NCBI GenBank assembly: GCA_032718475.1 | Contig: JAUCBJ010006873.1 | Location: 32,039-96,038 of the forward strand | DNA: 64,000 nucleotides | DNA from: Nemertoderma westbladi | Taxonomy: Eukaryota > Animalia > Xenacoelomorpha | Reading direction: 5' to 3' | Shown here: positions 12,261-24,800 of the stretch, piece by piece | Layout of the letters: each line of letters begins with the position of its first letter | Numbering within the stretch: the first letter of the stretch is position 1 | The notes under the pieces: generated by a model | What the model was told of the DNA's origin: nothing | The model's input: the letters and a program-made list of their open reading frames with translations, nothing else | Database searches by the model: none | Program-made: the position numbers and the translations under genes

Positions 12261-12899
12261 TGCAGCTGCAATGCAGCATGCCGATCCTAGTAGTCGGTCG
12301 CACAAGGGTGTGTTCCAGAACGTTTTTACTCACTATTATTCCAATGGGAACAGCCCCTATTTAAGTGCTGCTATGTTATAGCTGCTATATTATATATATG
12401 TTATAGTGTGCTATATCGTAACCATGGTGAAATTGTGTAGTCAAATCAATTTTAAAAAATAATTGAATAACCTAAACTTCAGTGCATTAACTTCAATCCC
12501 AAATTCCTGGCTATGTATCTTAATAATTTAAAAACCATTCCAAAATTGCAACGTGTATTACATAATACTTTACTTTACTTTACATAATCGTTTACAGCAA
12601 TAATATGTCCATCATGTGAGGTGTGACTGAAATAAAAATTGTCATAAAAGTGCGCCATAAGATGGTGATTCCGGTGATGCTAGTTCAATTGTAATGGAAA
12701 CCCGTACCTGTCCTGTTTGTTCAATTATAGAAAAATATGGAAGCAAGCGGATGAATTGTATTAACCGTCGTTAGGGATAATTTATTAAATTTATTGCTAA
12801 TTGCGCAAAATAAGTCATCCCCTGATTCACATAGGGTCGTTACTTAGCTGTCTGTTTAAGGTGTACACTACGATTCTATTCAACTGCCTTTAATCATGG

Positions 12900-15800
12900 G
12901 CAGAAGACAGCGAACTGTCAATACGGGTTCCGTAAAGGCAGGTCAACTGTTATGGTGGTGCGATGTCTACTTTCTTCCGTGTCATCTTCCTTGGTAGCAC
13001 CCAGTGGTGACATGTATTATATTTGCATTGACTTCACCAAAGCTTTCGATTCAGTGGACCGACGTCTTCTCTGTGTTAAACTACAAAATCTCGGAGTAAG
13101 TACGAAGTTTATAAAGGCCATAATGGGCGCTCATTGCTGTAAACTTTATTTGTATCTGTGTGGTTGTGGTCTTGTTGACTCTATTACCCAAATGGTTGGT
13201 ATCATCATCATCCAATGATATAAATTGTCGCCTCTTTTACTCTGCTTGATGATTCCAGATCTCCCAGCAGCAGTCTTCACAGCGTGAGTCCTCCTTCTTC
13301 TTTATGCTGACGACCTAGCCATTTACGGAAATTATCTAAAAGACGTCCAAGCAGCACTAGACAAACTATCTAAATACTGCGACGAAAATAAACTAACTGT
13401 AAACATGACGACAACAAAGGCCATTAAATTCAGAAGGGGAGGAGGGAGGCTCGCCCAGTCCGATAATTTAACTTATAGGTGTCAACCGTTTTTCCTATCT
13501 CGGGGTGGTATTGTCAACAAAAAATTTGCCTAGCGCACACTTCGACCACCTAAATAGTAGAGGTATCGCCTCCTGCCTGAGAGTTCCATATAAAGTCAAC
13601 TTAAAATCTGTTTCGCTTGAGAGTGCCAATAAACTTTGGTCTGCTGTAATTCTACCGGCTACAGTTTTCAGTTGTGAAATTGATTGTGGAATTGCAATAG
13701 ATGACATTATATGACCTTGCCTCATGTTCATAAAGTACGAGGTTACTTCTACAAAATATGGTGCGGCATTGCCAAGTATAGCTCCACTAGCAGAATCCTT
13801 GAGGTGGTCAACTCGCCTGACGACGCCCAGATAGACTTGCGATATTTGTCCCAACAAAGACGAGTAGCAGCACAGTTCCTCTCTAACTCCTACCACCATA
13901 AGCTGTGCAGCTCACGTAGCTGTTGGCGACCGACACCGTCGCGTATGTCGCCTCTGCGGAGGATCAGCCGAAGAATTTTCACACTGTTCGTCTTGCCCCA
14001 ATGTCGCCTCGCATGGATCCGACCTAGACCTCGCGTTCCATCTGCAGCCAGTGTCCCCTCGCATGGATCCAACCTGCACCTGGCGTTCCATCTGCAGCCA
14101 GTGTCCCCTTGCATGGATCCGACCTACACCTGGCGTTCCATCTGCAGCCAGTGTCCCCTCGCATGGATCCAACCTACACCTGGCGTTCCATCTGCAGCCA
14201 GTGTCCCCTCGCATGGATCCAACCTGCACCTGGCGTTCCATCTGCAGCCAGTGTCCCCTCGCATGGATCCAACCTGCACCTGGCGTTCCATCTGCAGCCA
14301 GTGTCCCCTCGCATGGATCCAACCTACACCTGGCGTTCCACCTGCAGCCAGTGTCCCCTCGCATGGATCCAACCTGCACCTGGCGTTCCATCTGCAGCCA
14401 GTGTCCCCTCGCATGGATCCGACCTGCACCTGGCGTTCCATCTGCAGCCAGTGTCCCCTCGCATGGATCCAACCTGCACCTGGCGTTCCATCTGCAGCCA
14501 GTGTCCCCTCGCATGGATCCAACCTGCACCTGGCGTTCCATCTGCAGCCAATGTCCCCTCGCATGGATCCGACCTACACCTGGCGTTCCATCTGCAGCCA
14601 GTGTCCCCTCACATGGATCCAACCTGCACCTGGCGTTCCATCTGCAGCCAGTGTCCCCTCGCATGGATCCGACCTGCACCTGGCGTTCCATCTGCAGCCA
14701 GTGTCCCCTCGCATGGATCCAACCTGCACCTGGTGTTCCATCTGCAGCCAGTGTCCCCTCGCATGGATCCAACCTGCACCTGGCGTTCCATCTGCAGCCA
14801 GTGTCCCCTTGCATGGATCCAACCTACACCTGGCGTTCCATCTGCAGCCAGTGTCCCCTCGCATGGATCCAACCTGCACCTGGCGTTCCATCTGCAGCCA
14901 GTGTCCCCTCGCATGGATCCGACCTGCACCTGGCGTTCCATCTGCAGCCAGTGTCCCCTCGCATGGATCCAACCTGCACCTGGCGTTCCATCTGCAGCCA
15001 GTGTCCCCTCGCATGGATCCAACCTGCACCTGGCGTTCCATCTGCAGCCAGTGTCCCCTCGCATGGATCCGACGTGCACCTGGCGTTCCATCTGCAGCCA
15101 GTGTCCCCTCGCATGGATCCAACCTACACCTGGCGTTCCATCTGAAGCCAGTGTCCCCTCGCATGGATCCAACCTGCACCTGGCGTTCCATCTGCAGCCA
15201 GTGTCCCCTCGCATGGATCCAACCTGCACCTGGCGTTCCATCTGCAGCCAATGTCCCCTCGCATGGATCCAACCTGCACCTGGCGTTCCATCTGCAGCCA
15301 GTGTCCCCTCGCATGGATCCAACCTGCACCTGGCGTTCCATCTGCAGCCAGTGTCCCCTCGCATGGATCCGACCTGCACCTGGCGTTCCATCTGCAGCCA
15401 GTGTCCCCTCGCATGGATCCGCCCTGCACCTGGCGTTCCAACCACAGCCAGTGTCCCCTCGCATGGATCCGACCTGCACCTGGCGTTCCATCTGAAACCA
15501 GTGTCCCCTCGCATGGATCCAACCTGCACCTGGCGTTCCATCTGAAACCAGTGTCCCCTCGCATGGATCCAACCTGCACCTGGCGTTCCATCTGCAGCCA
15601 GTGTCCCCTCGCATGGATCCAACCTGCACCTGGCGTTCCATCTGCAGCCAGTGTCCCCTCGCATGGATCCGACCTGCACCTAGCATTCCATCTGCAGCCA
15701 GTGTCCCCTCGCATGGATCCAACCTGCACCTGGCGTTCCATCTGCAGCCAGTGTCCCCTCGCATGGATCCAACCTGCACCTGGCGTTCCATCTGCAGCCA

Positions 15801-18800
15801 GTGTCCCCTCGCATGGATCCAACCTGCACCTGGCGTTCCATCTGCAGCCAATGTCCCCTCGCATGGATCCAACCTGCACCTGGCGTTCCATCTGCAGCCA
15901 GTATCCCCTCGCATGGATCCAACCTGCACCTGGCGTTCCATCTGCAGCCAGTGTCCCCTCGCATGGATCCGACCTGCAACTGGCGTTCCATCTGCAGCCA
16001 GTGTCCCCTCGCATGGATCCGACCTGCACCTGGCGTTCCATCTGCAGCCAGTGTCCCCTTGCATGGATCCAACCTGCACCTGGCGTTCCATCTGCAGCCA
16101 GTGTCCCCTCACATGGATCCAACCTGCACCTGGCGTTCCATCTGCAGCCAGTGTCCCCTCGCATGGATCCAAACTGCACCTGGCGTTCCATCTGCAGCCA
16201 GTGTCCCCTCGCATGGATCCGACCTGCACCTGGCGTTCCATCTGCAGCCAGTGTCCCCATGCATGGATCCAACCTGCACCTGGCGTTCCATCTGCAGCCA
16301 GTGTCCCCTCGCATGGATCCAACCTGCACCTGGCGTTCCATCTGCAGCCAGTGTCCCCTCGCATGGATCCAACCTGCACCTGGCGTTCCATCTGCAGCCA
16401 ATGTCCCCTCGCATGGATCCAACCTGCACCTGGCGTTCCATCTGCAGCCAGTGTCCCCTCGCATGGATCCAACCTGCACCTGGCGTTCCATCTGCAGCCA
16501 GTGTCCCCTCGCATGGATCCGACCTGCACCTGGCGTTCCAACCACAGCCAGTGTCGCCTCGCATGGATCCAACATGCACCTGGCGTTCCATCTGCAGCCA
16601 GTGTCCCCTCGCATGGATCCAACCTACACCTGGCGTTCCATCTGCAGCCAGTGTCCCCTCGCATGGATCCAAACTGCACCTGGCGTTCCATCTGCAGCCA
16701 GTGTCCCCTCGCATGGATCCGACCTGCACCTGGCGTTCCATCTGCAGCCAGTGTCCCCTCGCATGGATCCAACCTGCACCTGGCGTTCCATCTGCAGCCA
16801 GTGTCCCCTCGCATGGATCCAACCTGCACCTGGCGTTCCATCTGCAGCCAGTGTCCCCTCGCATGGATCCGACCTGCACCTGGCGTTCCATCTGCAGCCA
16901 GTGTCCCCTCGCATGGATCCAACCTGCACCTGGCGTTCCATCTGCAGCCAGTGTCCCCTCGCATGGATCCAACCTGCACCTGGCGTTCCATCGCAGCCAG
17001 TGTCCCCTCGCATGGATCCAACCTGCACCTGGCGTTCCATCTGCAGCCAATGTCCCCTCGCATGGATCCAACCTGCACCTGGCGTTCCATCTGCAGCCAG
17101 TGTCCCCTCGCATGGATCCAACCTGCACCTGGCGTTCCATCTGCAGCCAGTGTCCCCTCGCATGGATCCGACCTGCACCTGGCGTTCCATCTGCAGCCAG
17201 TGTCCCCTCGCATGGATCCGACCTGCACCTGGCGTTCCAACCACAGCCAGTGTCGCCTCGCATGGATCCAACCTGCACCTGGCGTTCCATCTGCAGCCAG
17301 TGTCGCCTCGCATGGATCCAACCTGCACCTGGCGTTCCATCTGCAGCAAGTGTCCCCTCGCATGGATCCAACCTGCACCTGGCGTTCCATCTGCAGCCAG
17401 TGTCCCCTCGCATGGATCCAACCTACACCTGGCGTTCCATCTGCAGCCAGTGTCCCCTCGCATGGACCCAACCTGCACCTGGCGTTCCATCTGCACCCAA
17501 TGTCCCCTCGCATTCCATCTGTAGCCAGTGTCCCCTCGCATGGATCCAACCTGCACCTGGCGTTCCATCTGCAGCCAATGTCCCCTCGCATGGATCCAAC
17601 CTGCACCTGGCGTTCCATCTGCAGCCAATGTCCCCTCGCATGGATCCAACCTACACCTGGCGTTCCATCTGCAGCCAGTGTCCCCTCGCATGGATCCAAC
17701 CTGCACCTGGCGTTCCATCTGCAGCAAGTGTCCCCTCGCATGGATCCAACCTGCACCTGGCGTTCCATCTGCAGCAGTGTCCCCTCGCATGGATCCGACC
17801 TGCACCTGGCGTTCCATCTGCAGCCAGTGTCCCCTCGCATGGATCCGACCTGCACCTGGCATTCCATCTACTGCCAGTGCCGCCTCGCATGGATCCGACC
17901 TGCACCTGGCGTTCCATCTACTGCCAGTGTCGCCTCGCATGGATCCGACCTGCACCTGGCGTTCCATCTGCAGCCAATGTCCCCTCGCATGGATCCAACC
18001 TACACCTGGCGTTCCATCTGCAGCCAGTGTCGCCTCGCATGGATCCAACCTGCACCTGGCGTTCCATCTGCAGCCAGTGTCCCCTGCATGGATCCAACCT
18101 ACACCTGGCATTCCATCTGCAGCCAATGTCACCTCGCATGGATCCAACCTACACCTGGCGTTCCATCTGCAGCCAGTGTCCCCTCGCATGGATCCGACCT
18201 GCACCTGGCGTTCCATCTGCAGCCAGTGTCCCCTCGCATGGATCCAACCTGCACCTGGCGTTCCATCTGCAGCCAGTGTCCCCTCGTATGGATCCAACCT
18301 GCACCTGGCGTTCCATCTGCAGCCAGTGTCCCCTCGCATGGATCCGACCTGCACCTGGCGTTCCATCTGCAGCCAGTGTCCCCTCGCATGGATCCAACCT
18401 GCACCTGGCGTTCCATCTGCAGCCAGTGTCCCCTCGCATGGATCCAACCTGCACCTGGCGTTCCATCGCAGCCAGTGTCCCCTCGCATGGATCCAACCTG
18501 CACCTGGCGTTCCATCTGCAGCCAATGTCCCCTCACATGGATCCAACCTGCACCTGGCGTTCCATCTGCAGCCAGTGTCCCCTCGCATGGATCCAACCTG
18601 CACCTGGCGTTCCATCTGCAGCCAGTGTCCCCTCGCATGGATCCGACCTGCACCTGGCGTTCCATCTGCAGCCAGTGTCCCCTCTCATGGATCCGACCTG
18701 CACCTGGCGTTCCAACCACAGCCAGTGTCGCCTCGCATGGATCCAACCTGCACCTGGCGTTCCATCTGCAGCCAGTGTCGCCTCGCATGGATCCAACCTG

Positions 18801-21800
18801 CACCTGGCGTTCCATCTGCAGCAAGTGTCCCCTCGCATGGATCCAACCTGCACCTGGCGTTCCATCTGCAGCCAGTGTCCCCTCGCATGGATCCAACCTA
18901 CACCTGGTGTTCCATCTGCAGCCAGTGTCCCCTCGCATGGACCCAACCTGCACCTGGCGTTCCATCTGCATCCAATGTCCCCTCGCATTCCATCTGTAGC
19001 CAGTGTCCCCTCGCATGGATCCAACCTGCACCTGGCGTTCCATCTGCAGCCAATGTTCCCTCGCATGGATCCAACCTGCACCTGGCGTTCCATCTGCAGC
19101 CAATGTCCCCTCGCATGGATCCAACCTACACCTGGCGTTCCATCTGCAGCCAGTGTCCCCTCGCATGGATCCAACCTGCACCTGGCGTTCCATCTGCAGC
19201 AAGTGTCCCCTCGCATGGATCCAACCTGCACCTGGCGTTCCATCTGCAGCCAGTGTCCCCTCGCATGGATCCGACCTGCACCTGGCGTTCCATATGCAGC
19301 CAGTGTCCCCTCGCATGGATCCGACCTGCACCTGGCGTTCCATCTACTGCCAGTGTCGCCTCGCATGGATCCGACCTGCACCTGGCGTTCCATCTGCAGC
19401 CAATGTCCCCTCGCATGGATCCAACCTACACCTGGCGTTCCATCTGCAGCCAATGTCCCCTCGCATGGATCCAACCTGCACCTGGCGTTCCATCTGCAGC
19501 CAGTGTCCCCTCGCATGGATCCGACCTGCACCTGGCGTTCCATCTGCAGCCAGTGTCCCCTCGCATGGATCCAACCTGCACCTGGCGTTCCATCTGCAGC
19601 CAGTGTCCCCTCGCATGGATCCAACCTGCACCTGGCGTTCCATCGCAGCCAGTGTCCCCTCGCATGGATCCAACCTGCACCTGGCGTTCCATCTGCAGCC
19701 AATGTCCCCTCGCATGGATCCAACCTGCACCTGGCGTTCCATCTGCAGCCAGTGTCCCCTCGCATGGATCCAACCTGCACCTGGCGTTCCATCTGCAGCC
19801 AGTGTCCCCTCGCATGGATCCGACCTGCACCTGGCGTTCCATCTGCAGCCAGTGTCCCCTCGCATGGATCCGACCTGCACCTGGCGTTCCAACCACAGCC
19901 AGTGTCGCCTCGCATGGATCCAACCTGCACCTGGCGTTCCATCTGCAGCCAGTGTCGCCTCGCATGGATCCAACCTGCACCTGGCGTTCCATCTGCAGCA
20001 AGTGTCCCCTCGCATGGATCCAACCTGCACCTGGCGTTCCATCTGCAGCCAGTGTCCCCTCGCATGGATCCAACCTACACCTGGCGTTCCATCTGCAGCC
20101 AGTGTCCCCTCGCATGGACCCAACCTGCACCTGGCGTTCCATCTGCATCCAATGTCCCCTCGCATTCCATCTGTAGCCAGTGTCCCCTCGCATGGATCCA
20201 ACCTGCACCTGGCGTTCCATCTGCAGCCAATGTCCCCTCGCATGGATCCAACCTGCACCTGGCGTTCCATCTGCAGGCAATGTCCCCTCGCATGGATCCA
20301 ACCTACACCTGGCGTTCCATCTGCAGCCAGTGTCCCCTCGCATGGATCCAACCTGCACCTGGCGTTCCATCTGCAGCAAGTGTCCCCTCGCATGGATCCA
20401 ACCTGCACCTGGCGTTCCATCTGCAGCAGTGTCCCCTCGCATGGATCCGACCTGCACCTGGCGTTCCATCTGCAGCCAGTGTCCCCTCGCATGGATCCGA
20501 CCTGCACCTGGCATTCCATCTACTGCCAGTGCCGCCTCGCATGGATCCGACCTGCACCTGGCGTTCCATCTACTGCCAGTGTCGCCTCGCATGGATCCGA
20601 CCTGCACCTGGCGTTCCATCTGCAGCCAATGTCCCCTCGCATGGATCCAACCTACACCTGGCGTTCCATCTGCAGCCAGTGTCGCCTCGCATGGATCCAA
20701 CCTGCACCTGGCGTTCCATCTGCAGCCAGTGTCCCCTCGCATGGATCCAACCTACACCTGGCGTTCCATCTGCAGCCAATGTCACCTCGCATGGATCCAA
20801 CCTACACCTGGCGTTCCATCTGCAGCCAGTGTCCCCTCGCATGGATCCGACCTGCACCTGGCGTTCCATCTGCAGCCAGTGTCCCCTCGCATGGATCCAA
20901 CCTGCACCTGGCGTTCCATCTGCAGCCAGTGTCCCCTCGTATGGATCCAACCTGCACCTGGCGTTCCATCTGCAGCCAGTGTCCCCTCGCATGGATCCGA
21001 CCTGCACCTGGCGTTCCATCTGCAGCCAGTGTCCCCTCGCATGGATCCAACCTGCACCTGGCGTTCCATCTGCAGCCAGTGTCCCCTCGCATGGATCCAA
21101 CCTGCACCTGGCGTTCCATCGCAGCCAGTGTCCCCTCGCATGGATCCAACCTGCACCTGGCGTTCCATCTGCAGCCAATGTCCCCTCACATGGATCCAAC
21201 CTGCACCTGGCGTTCCATCTGCAGCCAGTGTCCCCTCGCATGGATCCAACCTGCACCTGGCGTTCCATCTGCAGCCAGTGTCCCCTCGCATGGATCCGAC
21301 CTGCACCTGGCGTTCCATCTGCAGCCAGTGTCCCCTCTCATGGATCCGACCTGCACCTGGCGTTCCAACCACAGCCAGTGTCGCCTCGCATGGATCCAAC
21401 CTGCACCTGGCGTTCCATCTGCAGCCAGTGTCCCCTCGCATGGATCCGACCTGCACCTGGCGTTCCATCTACAGCCAGTGTCGCCTCGCATGGATCCAAC
21501 CTGCACCTGGCGTTCCATCTGCAGTCAGTGTCCCCTCGCATGGATCCAACCTGCACCTGGCGTTCCATCTGCAGCCAGTGTCCCCTCGCATGGATCCAAC
21601 CTACACCTGGCGTTCCATCTGCAGCCAGTGTCCCCTCGCATGGATCCAACCTACACCTGGCGTTCCATCTGCAGCCAGTGTCCCCTCGCATGGATACAAC
21701 CTGCACCTGGCATTCCATCTGCAGCAAGTGTCCCCTCGCATGGATCCAACCTGCACCTGGCGTTCCATCTGCAGCCAGTGTCCCCTCGCATGGATCCGAC

Positions 21801-24800
21801 CTGCACCTGGCGTTCCATCTACTGCCAGTGTCGCCTCGCATGGATCCGACCTGCACCTGGCGTTCCATCTACAGCCAGTGTCGCCTCGCATGGATCCAAC
21901 CTGCACCTTGCGTTCCATCTGCAGCCAGTGTCCCCTCGCATGGATCAAACCTGCACCTGGCGTTCCATCTGCAGCCAGTGTCCCCTCGCATGGATCCAAC
22001 CTGCACCTGGCGTTCCATCTGCAGCAAGTGTCCCCTCGCATGGATCCAACCTGCACCTGGCGTTCCATCTGCAGCCAGTGTCCCCTCGCATGGATCCGAC
22101 CTGCACCTGGCGTTCCATCTACTGCCAGTGTCGCCTCGCATGGATCCGACCTGCACCTGGCGTTCCATCTACTGCCAGTGTCGCCTCGCATGGATCCAAC
22201 CTGCACCTGGCGTTCCATCTGCAGCCAATGTCCCCTCGCATGGATCCAACCTACACCTGGCGTTCCATCTGCAGCCAGTGTCCCCTCGCATGGATCCGAC
22301 CTGCACCTGGAGTTCCATCTACTGCCAGTGTCGCCTCGCATGGATCCGACCTGCACCTGGCGTTCCATCTGCAGCCAATGTCACCTCGCATGGATCCAAC
22401 CTACACCTGGCGTTCCATCTGCAGCCAGTGTCCCCTCGCATGGATCCGACCTGCAGCTGGCGTTCCATCTGCAGCCAATGTCCCCTCGCATGGATCCAAC
22501 CTACACCTGGCGTTCCATCTGCAGCCAGTGTCCCCTCGCATGGATCCGACCTGCACCTGGCATTCCATCTACAGCCAGTGCCGCCTCGCATGGATCCAAC
22601 CTGCACCTGGCGTTCCATCTGCAGTCAGTGTCCCCTCGCATGGATCCAACCTGCACCTGGCGTTCCATCTGCAGCCAGTGTCCCCTCGCATGGATCCAAC
22701 CTACACCTGGCGTTCCATCTGCAGCCAGTGTCCCCTCGCATGGATCCAACCTACACCTGGCGTTCCATCTGCAGCCAGTGTCCCCTCGCATGGATACAAC
22801 CTGCACCTGGCGTTCCATTGCAGCAAGTGTCCCCTCGCATGGATCCAACCTGCACCTGGCGTTCCATCTGCAGCCAGTGTCCCCTCGCATGGATCCGACC
22901 TGCACCTGGCGTTCCATCTACTGCCAGTGTTGCCTCGCATGGATCCGACCTGCACCTGGCGTTCCATCTACTGCCAGTGTCGCCTCGCATGGATCCGACC
23001 TGCACCTGGCGTTCCATCTGCAGCCAATGTCCCCTCGCATGGATCCAACCTACACCTGGCGTTCCATCTGCAGCCAGTGTCCCCTCGCATGGATCCGACC
23101 TGCACCTGGCGTTCCATCTACTGCCAGTGTCGCCTCGCATGGATCCGACCTGCACCTGGCGTTCCATCTGCAGCCAATGTCCCCTCGCATGGATCCAACC
23201 TACACCTGGCGTTCCATCTGCAGCCAGTGTCCCCTCGCATGGATCCGACCTGCACCTGGCGTTCCATCTGCAGCCAATGTCCCCTCGCATGGATCCAACC
23301 TACACCTGGCGTTCCATCTGCAGCCAGTGTCCCCTCGCATGGATCCGACCTGCACCTGGCGTTCCATCTACAGCCAGTGCCGCCTCGCATGGATCCAACC
23401 TACACCTTGCGTTCCATCTGCAGCCAGTGTCCCCTCGCATGGATCCAACCTGCACCTGGCGTTCCATCTGCAGCCAGTGTCCCCTCGCATGGATCCAACC
23501 TGCACCTGGCGTTCCATCTGCAGCAAGTGTCCCCTTGCATGGATCCAACCTGCACCTGGCGTTCCATCTGCAGCCAGTGTCCCCTCGCATGGATCCGACC
23601 TGCACCTGGCGTTCCATCTACTGCCAGTGTCGCCTCGCATGGATCCGACCTGCACCTGGCGTTCCATCTGCAGCCAATGTCCCCTCGCATGGATCCAACC
23701 TACACCTGGCGTTCCATCTGCAGCCAGTGTCCCCTCGCATGGATCCGACCTGCACCTGGCGTTCCATCTACTGCCAGTGTCGCCTCGCATGGATCCGACC
23801 TGCACCTGGCGTTCCATCTGCAGCCAATGTCACCTCGCATGGATCCAACCTACACCTGGAGTTCCATCTGCAGCCAGTGTCCCCTCGCATGGATCCGACC
23901 TGCACCTGGCGTTCCATCTGCAGCCAATGTCCCCTCGCATGGATCCAACCTACACCTGGCGTTCCATCTGCAGCCAGTGTCCCCTCGCATGGATCCGTCC
24001 TGCACCTGGCGTTCCATCTACAGCCAGTGTCGCCTCGCATGGATCCAACCTGCACCTGGCGTTCCATCTGCAGCCAGTGTCCCCTCGCATGGATCCAACC
24101 TGCACCTGGCGTTCCATCTGCAGCCAGTGTCCCCTCGCATGGATCCAACCTACACCTGGCGTTCCATCTGCAGCCAGTGTCCCCTCGCATGGATCCAACC
24201 TACACCTGGCGTTCCATCTGCAGCCAGTGTCCCCTCGCATGGATCCAACCTGCACCTGGCGTTCCATCTGCAGCAAGTGTCCCCTCGCATGGATCCAACC
24301 TGCACCTGGCGTTCCATCTGCAGCCAGTGTCCCCTCGCATGGATCCGACCTGCACCTGGCGTTCCATCTACTGCCAGTGTCGCCTCGCATGGATCCGACC
24401 TGCACCTGGCGTTCCATCTACTGCCAGTGTCGCCTCGCATGGATCCGACCTGCACCTGGCGTTCCATCTGCAGCCAATGTCCCCTCGCATGGATCCAACC
24501 TACACCTGGCGTTCCATCTGCAGCCAGTGTCCCCTCGCATGGATCCGACCTGCACCTGGCGTTCCATCTACTGCCAGTGTCGCCTCGCATGGATCCGACC
24601 TGCACCTGGCGTTCCATCTGCAGCCAATGTCCCCTCGCATGGATCCAACCTACACCTGGCGTTCCATCTGCAGCCAGTGTCCCCTCGCATGGATCCGACC
24701 TGCACCTGGCGTTCCATCTGCAGCCAATGTCCCCTCGCATGGATCCAACCTACACCTGGCGTTCCATCTGCAGCCAGTGTCCCCTCGCATGGATCCGACC

